A stretch of 64,000 nt of DNA from Octopus vulgaris (Eukaryota), in contig OX597826.1 of NCBI GenBank assembly GCA_951406725.2, positions 63,736,001-63,800,000 on the forward strand, read 5' to 3'. Shown piece by piece: positions 25,479 through 37,869 of this stretch; the stretch's first letter is position 1; each line of letters starts with the position of its first letter. The position numbers were made by a program, and so were the translations under genes. The notes below the pieces were generated by a model. The model was not told the DNA's origin and did no database searches. It was given only the letters and a program-made list of their open reading frames with translations.

Positions 25479-25737
25479 CAATATAGATTAAGATATAATA
25501 AAATATTTTGATCTAAACAGAACAAAATCTAGCACAACAATCTTTTTAAAAACGTGTGTATATATACATCATTGTACATGCATACATCTCAGTTCAAAAT
25601 ATATGTATGTGGTATGTGTACTAACATACGTCTCTCTCTCCAAACCTATGGCCTGTTCTAATATGTGCAAGTACATGTAGGTGTGTATACATTTACATAA
25701 GTGTATGTATATATGTATGTGCATGTATGAGTATGGA

Positions 25738-25739
25738 TG

Positions 25740-25816
<77 letters not shown>
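25738..25816. repeat. (GATA)n microsatellite
   Basis: Read directly from the sequence. Confidence 0.95.
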
Positions 25817-26549
25817 GTGGATAAATAGCCAGAAATTGTTTATAATGGTGGCACTTGAAGTAGATAAAGTTATATATAGTAACATGTAAATAATGGGTTA
25901 ATATTCCCTTGGACTGAATAGGTCAAAAGCTGTGGGATGGCTAGATATACACACACACACATACGCATGTATGTATGCACATATACATACACACAAATAT
26001 ATTTCCTCAAAAACTTGTTTTATATGGCCATAAACAGATAGCCAAGTACATCCCCTTCAAAATTCAGTACAGTGTGTGGGTGTGAGAGAGAGAGAGAGAG
26101 AGATTGCATATGTAAATGTATATTCTTTCATTATTCTATTAGTTTCAATTATTAGACTGTGGCCATGCTTGAGCACAGCATTTAAAGATATAACTGTTCA
26201 TCATTTCCTAACTGTGGTACTTACTATCACTTTTTTTTCTCGTTCTATCAATATCAGAGATGAAAGGCAAAGTCAACAGCTAAGGTAGAATTTGTGAAAT
26301 TACAAACATAAAGAGGAGGCAAAGAGTATACCAAATATCCCAAGACATTACGTTTGGTGCTCTACCAATTCTATCATCGATGTATCTGTAGAATACATGT
26401 ATTCTATGAGTTAATGCAACAGAGAGGGAGAGATAAAGGTTTAGTCTTTTATGGTCTGAAGTATCCATCAACAGGTAATAAACTCTTGACTACAAGGTCA
26501 TAAGAATGGACACAATAATGGAGTAAATGAATTAGTCATAAGAAATAGA

Positions 26550-26785
26550 ATGTAGTTCTCAACCCTCTTTTTCTTGCGGAACCCGCTGATTCCTGCTTTA
26601 CTCAGGTGGACCCTCAAAGCCATTCAATGTGTTTAAGATCCTATTGTATTTTTATAATTAAATATTATTAAGAATTGTATAAAAAAAAAATTGTTAAACA
26701 TATTTTGTGTGTTGGATAAGTATAACCAATTTAATGCACATAAATTTAGGAAAAATCTTATATGGGCCCCAGTTGAGAACCACTG
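26550..26785. mobile_element. hAT (Charlie-like) MITE
   Basis: Right end gttgagaaccactg and decayed left end atgtagttctcaac; no intact TSD seen. Confidence 0.6.
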
Positions 26786-28984
26786 TAGATATTCTACTGT
26801 TGCATACAGGTGTGTGTGTGTGATCAATATATGTACAAGTATAGAGGCAGATATATGTATACAGAGACAGATATATGTAAGAGTGCACACAAGCAAGGAC
26901 ATGCACATAGATATGTTGCTATTAGCATACATCTATGTAAATGCATACGTAGTGCATATGTACCGAAGAGTTGTGTATATGTGTGTGTATTTGAATAACA
27001 GTGTGTCTGTGTAAGTGGCTACTAGTGGGACATGTTAGTATATGAGTGTCTAAAGAGCAACCAACAACAACAAAAAAAAGAAAATATAAACCTGATTGAA
27101 TAAAAACAGGCACTTTTTTTTTATTATTATAAACAAAGTATTGCTCCTATGATTCACCATAATGTTTATCTCTATCTTCCTCACTATCAACAAATTTATC
27201 TATCTATCTATCAATCTATTTATCTACCTATTTATCTATCTTTCTGTATGTATATATATATATATATATATATATCATATATGATTTATCAATAAAAAAG
27301 AAACCCAGAAAAGACAAGAAAAATTTCAAAAGCCTTTACAGAAGAATTTTTCTTGAAAAGAATAAAATGAGGGAAAAAAAAATCTGTATTTAAATAATTC
27401 ATCAGCTCCAAAATGCCTACCCCACATCTACACACCTAAAGACAGTGGTTCTCTAAACATAAAACGAAGAAGCTAAACAATAACGGAAAACTCATGACTA
27501 AAACACAGGAACTGAAGTGGAAGACACATACACAAACATTCACTCTCTCTCTCTGGAAAACAAACTCACTAATTCTCTCTCACTCGTCCTCTATAAGATA
27601 CACACACATTCACTCCTTTCTTCTTCTCTTTGTAAGAAGAGAGCCTTTCAGATAAAATAAATACTTTCCTAAGCTCTGCTACACAGCAATCTATGAATGC
27701 TTGTTTCTTGTTAACTTTTAGGAGAGTTACAGAAGTGATACCAAATGATTAATAGTAACAACAATGGTAACATTTGATTTTTTTCATCATAGGCACAAGA
27801 TCTCAAATTTAGGGAATATACACAATCAATTAATTAGATCAACTCTAATACTCAACTCTTACTTATTCTATTGATGCTAGAAAGGCAAAAAAAAGAAGAA
27901 AAAACACAAGGTAGCAAGCTGGCAAAATTGTTACCACCTTGGGTAAAATGTTTAGTAGCATTTCTTCCAGCCCGTTATGTTCTGAGTTCAAATCTCACCA
28001 AAGTCAACTCTGCCTTTCATCTCTTCGGGGTTGATAAAATAAAGTACCAGCAAGTACTGTAGTCAATATAATCAACTTATCCCCTCTCCTCAAAATTGCT
28101 GGCTTCAAACATTTAGGGAACTGTTGTAATTGCAATCATTTATATGCTATGGAAACCAGGCAAGCAGCCTTATGGGTCCTAGGGCACATGTAAACAAATA
28201 AAAAAATAAAGATAAAAAGCGAAGTTGACCCAAGTAAGATTTGAACTAAGAATCTAAAGAACTAAAATTAATTATTTTTTGATATCCAGGACCAAGTACC
28301 AATCAACTAAACTGTTGCAGTACGAACTTACTAGCAATTTATTAATTATTAATTTATTGATAGTATTAACTAAGACTTATTTTTGATGATTCCCGTGGGA
28401 TGATAAACAAAGTGAAGCTGTTAAGAGGTGCAAAGTAAACACATATTTAAACAAAAATATTGTATATCCTCCTTTAGAATCAGTATTTTGTATCCCTATA
28501 TGTCATAAGATGTAACTAAAAGGGTTAACATCAAGAAGGACATCCACTGTAAAACACTACCTCAGAAAGGGTCCCATGACTGTCATGCTTGCCTGCAAGG
28601 CTAACTGTTGCTTTAGCAGAGAAAACAATTTTGTTTTTCTTCCTTAATCTTGACCATTTGGGAGTCACAGTATATGTTGTACTATCCATCCTTTCAATCA
28701 TTGAATTCAAACAATGGCTTGCAAGACCTGAGTCACCATCTTGCCCTTGTATGCTAATCCACTGAATGGTTACCCATTCACATTTGAGTGGGACTGGAAG
28801 AACATGAAATGAAGCGTTTTGCTCAAAACACAATGTGCAGCCAGTCTGGGAATTGAAACCACAATCTTGCAATCATACGTGCAACACCTTAACCACTAGG
28901 TTATGTCTGTATTTAGTCCAATACTCTATAGTACCAATAATTCCCACTCACCAAAAGTAATAATAATAATTTTGTTAATTATTA

Positions 28985-29919
28985 TCAATACTATTTACAA
29001 CATGTAAGGTGGAGAGATGGCAGAATCGCTAGCACTCCAGGAAAAATGCTTAGTGGCATTTCGTCTGCCTTTACGTTCTGAGTTCAAATTCTTCCAAGGT
29101 CAACTTTGCCTTTCATCCTTTCAGGGTTGATAAAATAACTGACTTACCCCTTTCCCTGTAATTATTGGCCTTGTGCCAAAATTTGGAACCAATTTTATTT
29201 ATAACATAACATATAGTCAGGAGTTTTTAAGGGAGTTTTTGATGATCTCAGAGGGATGAAACATAGTGGGATTTGAACTCAGAACTTAGAGAGCCATAAG
29301 AACAACTGCAAAGCAATTTTTCTAACGTCCTAACAATTCTGCCAACTAACTGCATTATCATTATTACTATTAAGATGGCAAGCTGGCGGAATCACTTGTG
29401 CATTGGTGATTTCTTCTGACTCTATATTCTGAGTCCAAATTCCATCATGGTTGACTTTGTCCATTCATCCATTGAAAGTTGATAAAAGGGGCACCAGTTG
29501 AGCATTGGGGTCGATACAATTAATTTACACCTTCCCCTAAAATTGCTGGCCTTGGGCCAAAATTTGAAACCATTATTACTATTATACCAAGGTTGACTTT
29601 GCTTTTCATCTTTTTAGGGTCAATAATAGAAAATAAGTAGTGGCTTGAAAAACCTTTTTGGGTAGAAAAGATCCACTGTTCCTAAAAAGAATTATTATTA
29701 TTATTAGGATAGCGAGCTGGCAGAATCATTAGCATGCTGGACAAAATGCTTAGCACTATTTCACCCGTTGCTATATTCTGAGTTCAAATTCCGCCGTGAT
29801 CGACTTTATCTTTCATCATTTCGGGATCGATAAATTAAGTACCAGTTGTGTACTGGGGTCAATGTAATCGACTTAATCCCTTCCCCTAAATTTGAGACCT
29901 TGTACCTATAGTAGAAAGG

Positions 29920-29955
<36 letters not shown>

Positions 29956-30172
29956 GTAGTAAGCTAGGAAAATTGTTAGCATGCCAGGCAAAATGCTTAG
30001 CAGTATCTTTTCTGTCCACATTCTTTGTTCAAATTCTACTAAGGTCAACATTGCCTTTCATCTGTTTGGGTTCGATGAAATAAGTACCAGTTGAGTACTG
30101 GGCTCAAAGTAACTGACTAGCCCTACTTCAAAAATTCCAGGCCTTGTGCCTATAATAGAAAGAATTATTATT
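28985..30172 (+). mobile_element. Dense head-to-tail cluster of family-B SINEs with (TTA)n spacers
   Basis: Heads at about 29007, 29375, 29707 and 29957, plus partial and antisense pieces. Confidence 0.85.
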
Positions 30173-31734
30173 GCTTATTTTACTTCTTAGAGCTCTCGGT
30201 CTTATTTGCTCTGGTTGATTCTGTGAGAGCAGATAGCAACCTGTTATCAGAGGTGTCACAGGGTCTCTTTCCGCAAATTATAAGCTTTGGTACCTGAATG
30301 TTAAACAAGGTTGGGAGGAGAAATACGATTCAATATATCAACTCTAATTCTTGACTTGTACTAATTTTACTGACAGAAACATGGTGAAAATTACTACAGT
30401 TTTATGTCCAGCATCAACCATTAATTGGCTTATTAGTAATAATAATTAATATCTATTCAATAGTAATTAATACTTAACTACTAATAATAATTATTACTAA
30501 TTATTATGATTGATATATAACAACCCCATTTATGGTTCAAATAAATCTAAGCACCACAGTAATTTACAAGTATCATCAATATTTGTAATAACACTGATAA
30601 TTTCTTATGAAGTCATGATAAAAAATAAGTGAGAGAAATGCTATGTTATGGCATTCATGTACTGCCCAAAGATATTACTGATTTGAGAAATGTGGATCCA
30701 GTTGAAAAACTAAATTTGGTGAAGGTTCCATGAATTGTAGTGCCATGTATTGCCCACTGTAATACTAATGATAATAATTAGATACACAAATACAGACCTA
30801 ATCAGTTGAATTCAAATATTACAACTAGTGCTTCAGATATAAAAACCCTAGTAGTCTGAAGTGTATGAAGCAACTCTAGTAGGACTTGAACTTATATACA
30901 GATATTAAATAATATATTGAGTAAAACTAAAGTTATCCACTCCAATGCTCTCATTTCTCTACTACCACACCCCACACTCATTAAAATAATGATTTCTCTT
31001 GGGCCAATTACAATGCCAAATTTTAGTCAGAGAGGAAGCATTGTCAATTAAAAACCCTTTTGTTATCATATTTCTATAAAAGATACTGCTGGGGTTTTTT
31101 TTTTTAATTAATTTTGAAATTAATGAAGTATTTAGTAAAATAACTGTTGTTATTAAGCTGGTGTTTGGAACATAAATTAACATGAAATTTTGATGAAAGG
31201 TTTTAATTTAAATCACTTTAAATTAACCAAATTTCATCATAATTATTTTTCCTACTGACTTCAGGGAAATGAAAGGCAGATGCTGAACCCAGAAACAAGA
31301 AAAATAAATAGGAAAAACTACAAGAAAATATTTGGATCTGCACTCAACTCTCTGTCATCTGTAAATGCACCCAAGAAAAGTATTTCTTTTAACTCATCAC
31401 AAAATCAAATTTTGGAGGGTTTTTTGGGTTTTTTTTTATAGGGATGAGATCATTTAGTATATTACTGATACTTATTTTATCCAAATTCAAAAGAATAAAA
31501 AGCAAAGATGACTCCAGCATATATTGTAATGCATTTAGTCCAGGGCTGTACTGTCTTGACCATTCTGCCATTCTCCGACTACAAGAATAACAAATGGGAA
31601 AAGAAACCTATGCTGAGGACACCACTAACAAGGATCTTAGTAAGGTTTTTCTCTCCCAGCCTTCTTGTCTCACATGATTACAACTTTAAACTATAGAAAT
31701 GCTACATGTGTTGTAAAGAGGATGGGGGCGATAT

Positions 31735-32192
<458 letters not shown>

Positions 32193-32484
32193 CAGTTGAA
32201 TATATACAGAGAGAGAGGGGGCGGACAGGAGTGGGGTAGATAGCTAGATAGGAAACAAGAAGAGAAATAAAATTTAAATATCTGAGCCCTTTCTTCTCAT
32301 TTTTCACCTGACAAAATTCATGTTCTTTCTATAGAAGGTAACATAACTTAATTGGAGCATAAACAATAGAGCATTATAAAAGTGGATGGAGAGGAAAATC
32401 TAGAGAGAGAGGGAGAGAGAAAGAGGGAGAAGGAAAGAGAAATATCAACACTATAAAGGACTTAAGTTCTCTGAAAGTATATTA

Positions 32485-32525
<41 letters not shown>

Positions 32526-32541
32526 ATATATGAGAGCTTAC

Positions 32542-32595
32542 CTGTAATCTGATGAGCTGGTCTGGGAGCCCATCGATCTCCAGGATATTCCCCAT
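32542..32595 (-). CDS. Probable alternative first coding exon of the MTMR gene (MGNILEIDGLPDQLIRLQ, phase 0)
   Basis: gtgATGG context with two in-frame TAA just upstream, 18 codons ending at a strong donor CAG|gtaagc. Same strand and phase as MEFIRTSK. Preceded by about 800 nt of TE-free, CpG-containing, CAG/CAA-rich sequence resembling a 5'UTR. Confidence 0.6.
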
Positions 32596-33430
32596 CACTT
32601 ATTATGTGAGAGATGACCAAAGATGAATAATAATCAAAGACATCCACAAGTGAGAAGAGTGAAAGTAGAAAACCCTATAGGCCACCACCAACAACAATAA
32701 CAAGAACCAGAACAGGAACAACAGAAGTGGCAGCTAATAACCCCCTAAACCCCTCCAACGGCGGTGCTGGTGGTGAAATCAAACTTTGCCACACACCTCA
32801 GCACACCTTTATCGTGTCGATCAGCTTAACTCCACAACAGTAACAAGTCTCCGACAACAGAGATGCTTACACATGACTGTCTTTCACTGTTGCTGCTGCT
32901 GCAGCCGTTGCTGCCAGTGTTGTTGCTGCTGCAGCTGCTGCTACTGATTTTGTGGCTGCTGCGATTGCTGTTGATGCTAATTTTGATGTTGTTGAAGAAC
33001 TATCAACAGGAGCTACAGAAGTGGCGGTTGCAAACTCTCTCACAGTATGACTGATACATTAGCATCCACAAGGTTACTACTGCTAGGCAAAAAAAAAAAA
33101 AGCACGATGTCTCTCTCACTCGCAACTCTTTATTGATCCACTACCTTCTTCCCCTGCCAAACCCCACCCCCCGCCCCGTTTTCTCTCCCTGTCACTAATA
33201 CTACTAAAACTACTATTGTTGTTTATGTTGATGCTGCTGCTGCTACTGTTACTATTGCTGCTGTTGTTGTTGTTGTTGTTGTTGCTCGTAAAAATTGCTA
33301 CTACAGCCACTGGCCTTCCTTCCCTCTCCTGAACATCATCCTGCTTAGATTACTCTCCACAAGATTTACTGATAACAGCCAGCTTTGGGACAAAACAAAA
33401 CACTGAATGTTTAAAACTTAAATGTTATAT
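32596..33430 (-). promoter_or_regulatory. Putative long 5'UTR and internal promoter of the alternative first exon
   Basis: TE-free block with retained CpGs and (CAG/CAA/GCA) runs. Contains upstream ATGs (e.g. MYQSYCERVCNRHFCSSC*) and an Inr-like TCAGT on the minus strand at 33402-33406. Confidence 0.4.
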
Positions 33431-34619
33431 TGACAATTTAAAATGAGTTTGTTGGCTTCCACACCCACCTGGTGGTGTTGAAAATTATCTAAAAAAAGGG
33501 GATGTTTATAATCATTTTTCTAAAAGGTACAGTTCCCCCTTTTTTTTTCTTCTATCTTATCTTAGGCATACAACAAACAGGTGACTGGCATCAACTAAAG
33601 ATACCAGCTGAGTTACAAATTCACCTAACCACTACTTACATAACTAGGAGATGAGGATCCCAAAGAGAGAGTCATTGCTTGATTTCTCAATCTGCTAAAA
33701 ATAGTAGCCAAATATCCCTCAAACTATACACAACATTATCATTAACCTCATCATCATTTTAATGTGCACTTTTCTATGGCTCTCATGAGACAGACAGATT
33801 TTCCTAAGGCAGATTTTCTACAGCTGGATGCCCTTCTGGTTGCCAACACTCACCTGTTCCCAACTAAAATAATATTTCCCCATGGCCAGACATGTTTTAC
33901 ATGGGAGATTGAAGACAAAGGCCACGGTTGCACGATAATGATACCTGTTTACAACTGTCTCACAATGTAAAGACGAGGCGACACCAACTCCCATGCATGT
34001 ACAATGGGCTTCTTTCATTTTCCATCTGCCAAATCCACTCACAAGGATTTGGTTGGTCCGGAACTAAAGTAGAAGTTGCCTGCCCAAGGTGCCAAACAGT
34101 GAGACTAAACCCAAGACTACTTGGTTGAGAAGCAAACCCCTAATCACACAGCCACACCTGCACCTTAACACACACTGAAGTAATCCTGGATGTAATATGA
34201 CCTCCACACAGCAAAGACTGGCCTTCCTCTTCAGACCAAGAAAAATACTTTAGCCCTAAACAAAAACTGCTACAAATATTAGTGAGATCCACAACTGAGT
34301 AGTACTCTTACATCTGGGATGGCACTGCTACATATTAAGAAATCATAGAAGATAAACTTAAGAAAGGCTAACCGATTGATTAGCATGAAGCTGATACTCC
34401 GACCTCTTATCCACAGACATGTTGCCTCTTCTCTCTTTTTTACTTATACAAGAATGGCCTTTGCTCCTCTGAGCTCACTGGTCTTATGCCATCTCAACTC
34501 GGGTACTTCCTCCAACTCATTTTTCCTCATTTTGTCAGCCCTATACTGCTAGTCCCCAACTCCACACTAACCCCTATTCCCAGTTTTTTCTCCTCAGGAT
34601 GTCGACTGTCTGAAATTCC

Positions 34620-34770
34620 CCCACTGCCTATGATTTTCATTTTTTTTACATCCTGCAGTTGTTGACTTTTAACAGGAACATTACCAAAGTAGATATTATC
34701 CTTCTCAGAGGACATGACAAGGCTACGGTTGACACAATCCCTTTCCTCAGATTTATCCAATGAAACATAT
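34620..34770 (-). mobile_element. Possible decayed LINE ORF1 fragment
   Basis: Frameshifted LRKGIVS / LVMSSEKD..KSQQLQDVKKM loosely recalls ORF1 of I/Nimb-type LINEs. Confidence 0.25.
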
Positions 34771-35199
34771 TTTTATATATATAAAAGGTCTGACTCATTA
34801 AGGTTGAAATGCCTGTAATCATGGTTCTGCTTTATAAGGACTACAGCAGTTGAGGCAAAACAACAACTGCAGAAACCTAATTTGTTTATTAAGGAGAAAA
34901 TACTGACTCTTAATTATTTTTCATTATTTCCTGTGTAAAATGTAAGTTAGATTTTTATAAAATATTCTATTCTGTAGTATATTATTATTATTGTTCTTAT
35001 TGTTGTTGTCACTAGCATGCTGAACAAAATATGTAGCAGCATTTTTCTTAAATTTACATTCTGAGTTCAAATGCCACTGGGGTTGACTTTGCTTTTCACC
35101 CTTTCAGGGTCAATAAAAAAAGTACCAGTTGAGACTGAGGTCAATGTAATTGACTTACCCCCTCCTCAAAAATTCCAGGTCTCATGTCTATAGCTGAAA

Positions 35200-35231
<32 letters not shown>

Positions 35232-35488
35232 CATTATTATTATTATTATCATTATTGTTATTATCATTATTATTATTATTATTAAATGGCAAGCTTGCAG
35301 AAGTGTTAGCATGCCAGGCAGTGGCATTTTTTCTGGCTTTACACTGAATTCAAATTCCAGCAAGATCGACTTCCCTTTCCATTCATTCAGGGTCGAAAAA
35401 ATAAGTACCAGTTGAACACTCAGGTTGATGTAATTGACCCACATCCCTACTTTAAAATTTTAGGACTCGTGCCTATAATAAAAAAGTT

Positions 35489-35537
<49 letters not shown>

Positions 35538-35541
<4 letters not shown>

Positions 35542-35787
35542 TAAAAACGGTAAGATAACAAAAGAAAGAAAGAGACCTCAATATTATGTAAATAGAGGAA
35601 ATTTATATATAAAATAATATGTTACAATTACTCAATCGTCAAGATAAAACTCTGAGTTTCAGATGCCGAAGTGTAAATCCACAACACCATCTCTTCATCA
35701 GATAACCGAAGAGATGGTGTTGTGGATTTCCACTTCGGCATCTGAAACTCAGAGTTTTATCTTGACTATTGAGTAAATGTAACATAT

Positions 35788-35791
<4 letters not shown>
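35538..35791. mobile_element. Penelope-like fold-back insertion within (TA)n
   Basis: 84-bp arms 35613-35696 and 35708-35791 with 3 mismatches and an 11-nt loop; gaagaGATG..CATCtgaaac hammerhead-like motif. Confidence 0.6.
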
Positions 35792-35829
<38 letters not shown>

Positions 35830-35831
<2 letters not shown>

Positions 35832-36041
35832 TTCTCTTTTACTTGTTTCTGTCATTTGACTGCGGCCATGCTGGAGCACTGCCTTTAATCGAGCAACTCG
35901 ACCCCGGGACTTATTCTTTGTAAGCCCAGTACTTATTCTATCGTTCTCTTTTTGCCGAACCGCTAAGTAATGGGGACATAAACACACCAGCATCGGTTGT
36001 CAAGCAATGCTAGGGGGACACACACACACATACATATATAA

Positions 36042-36074
<33 letters not shown>

Positions 36075-36399
36075 TATATAAATTTATGTATACAAATATG
36101 TATATGTGCGTGTGTTAATATATGTATACATGTGTGTGTGTATGCATACAAATACACTAATATGTTTGCGCATGTGTGTATGTGTGTGTATATGAATATA
36201 TCTTTATATATCTTTATATATATATATATATATATACGACGGGCTTCTTTCAGTTTCCGTCTACCAAATCCACTCACAAGGCATTGGTCAGCCCGGGGCT
36301 ATAGCAGAAGACACTTGCCCAAGATGCCATGCAGTGGGACTGAACCCGGAACCATGTGGTTGGTTAGCAAGCTACTTACCACACAGCCACTCCTGCGCC
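35830..36399 (-). mobile_element. Family-A SINE, little diverged, with expanded central linker
   Basis: Very similar to 13286-13700; linker 36018-36236 is about 220 bp. Confidence 0.9.
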
Positions 36400-36486
36400 T
36401 ATATATATATATTTTTTTTAAAAACAAACTTGCACATTTTCTATATGAACTGTGTACTGCAATATAAAGTTTCATATGTTATAATT

Positions 36487-36523
<37 letters not shown>

Positions 36524-36739
36524 TCCTCACACACACAAGTTTCTCCTTCTTTCTATGTAACTCTCTAAATTATTCACTCACTCTCTACAGCTATTATTTC
36601 ATCCATACCTTTCTAATTCCTCTTCTGAAATAAAAGCTCAATCTTTTTTCCTTTCCACTTCTACTCTCTTATTCAATCAATCTCTTCCTCTTTTCCACTC
36701 CTCAGTATATTTGACTGCCTGTCTCACTAGCTGCTAACT

Positions 36740-36781
<42 letters not shown>

Positions 36782-37869
36782 TCTCATTCATTCTCTCTTT
36801 TCCCTACCTACATTTATCTATCTATTTTATCTCCACAATACTTTCTTGTTTTGACCTCTTCAAGCAGGGTCATCGCCTTCTCTTTCCAGCATCTGAGGTA
36901 GAAAACATACACACACACATACAAAAAAAATCTCAACAACATGACTTGATAATTCATATACATATATACACACGTGTATATATTCACGCTATCATATATA
37001 TATATAGACACACACACACACACACACACACATATCTACATATAAACGCCAGCCTTTGACTTTTTCGATCCAAGGAATTTTTTAACCAAATACATGCTAA
37101 TATTTATAGCTTTATCTGCTTACCAAAAAAATATATTCATACATACACACACACACATATGCAAACATAGTGTGCTTGTATGCATACACACATGTATACA
37201 TATATTAGCGCACGCACATATACATATTTGTATACATAAATTTACACCCACACACACTCATATATCAATATTTCTTATCAAATTTATGCACTATTAAATC
37301 ATTCTATTTATACAATATATTTCTACATCTATTCTAAATACCATTTATATAACAAAAACGAAAAATAAAATAACAATGCTACACACACACACACATGCAT
37401 ACGCATACAATCATGGTACATTATAAATAAATACCATACCTATCTGTAATTGCCTATTAACATCTCATATAGCTTGAGAATTGGCATTAACAGAAAATAT
37501 GTATATTGATGTAAACAGACAGAAATCTTGTTAGCAAAGGAAATAAAATGAGTGAGTAAAAGTTGGAGAAAATGCCTCTCTGCTACCCATCCAATGATAA
37601 CAACTCATAAATAGAGGAACATAAATAAAGGAAAAAAAGATGAGTGAATTCCAAAGAGACATTCTAAAGAAAAAATGGTGAGGAGGAGGACAGCAGTAAG
37701 TAGAAAGAAGAGCAGGAAGAATGCGTTAGTTTATTGGTTTATTATCATCATAGAATCTCTTTTACTGCGCTCTTGAAATGCCATTAAGTCTTTAGAATTA
37801 TCCTCTGGTGTATTAGAAGCAGATCAGTGTTTTCATACAGTTAGAAAATATGGAAAACAACAACAATAT

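Noticed and set aside
28585-28730. Minus-strand open segment GLASHCLNSMIERMDSTTYTVTPKWSRLRKK
   Set aside because: Adjoins a SINE remnant, has a poor pyrimidine tract, only a GC donor and no recognisable homology.
32462-32647. ORF MDVFDYYSSLVISH.. from the track
   Set aside because: Overlaps the better-supported MGNIL frame and would splice in phase 1, incompatible with the MEFIRTSK phase; at most an overlapping uORF.
32863-33310. Leu-, Ala- and Asn/Ser-rich ORFs
   Set aside because: Translations of CAG/CAA trinucleotide runs in the putative 5'UTR; the Ala-rich frame has no ATG.
36840-36892. MTLLEEVKTRK, superficially like the MTMR first exon
   Set aside because: The GT following it gives phase 2 rather than phase 0, and the donor is weak.
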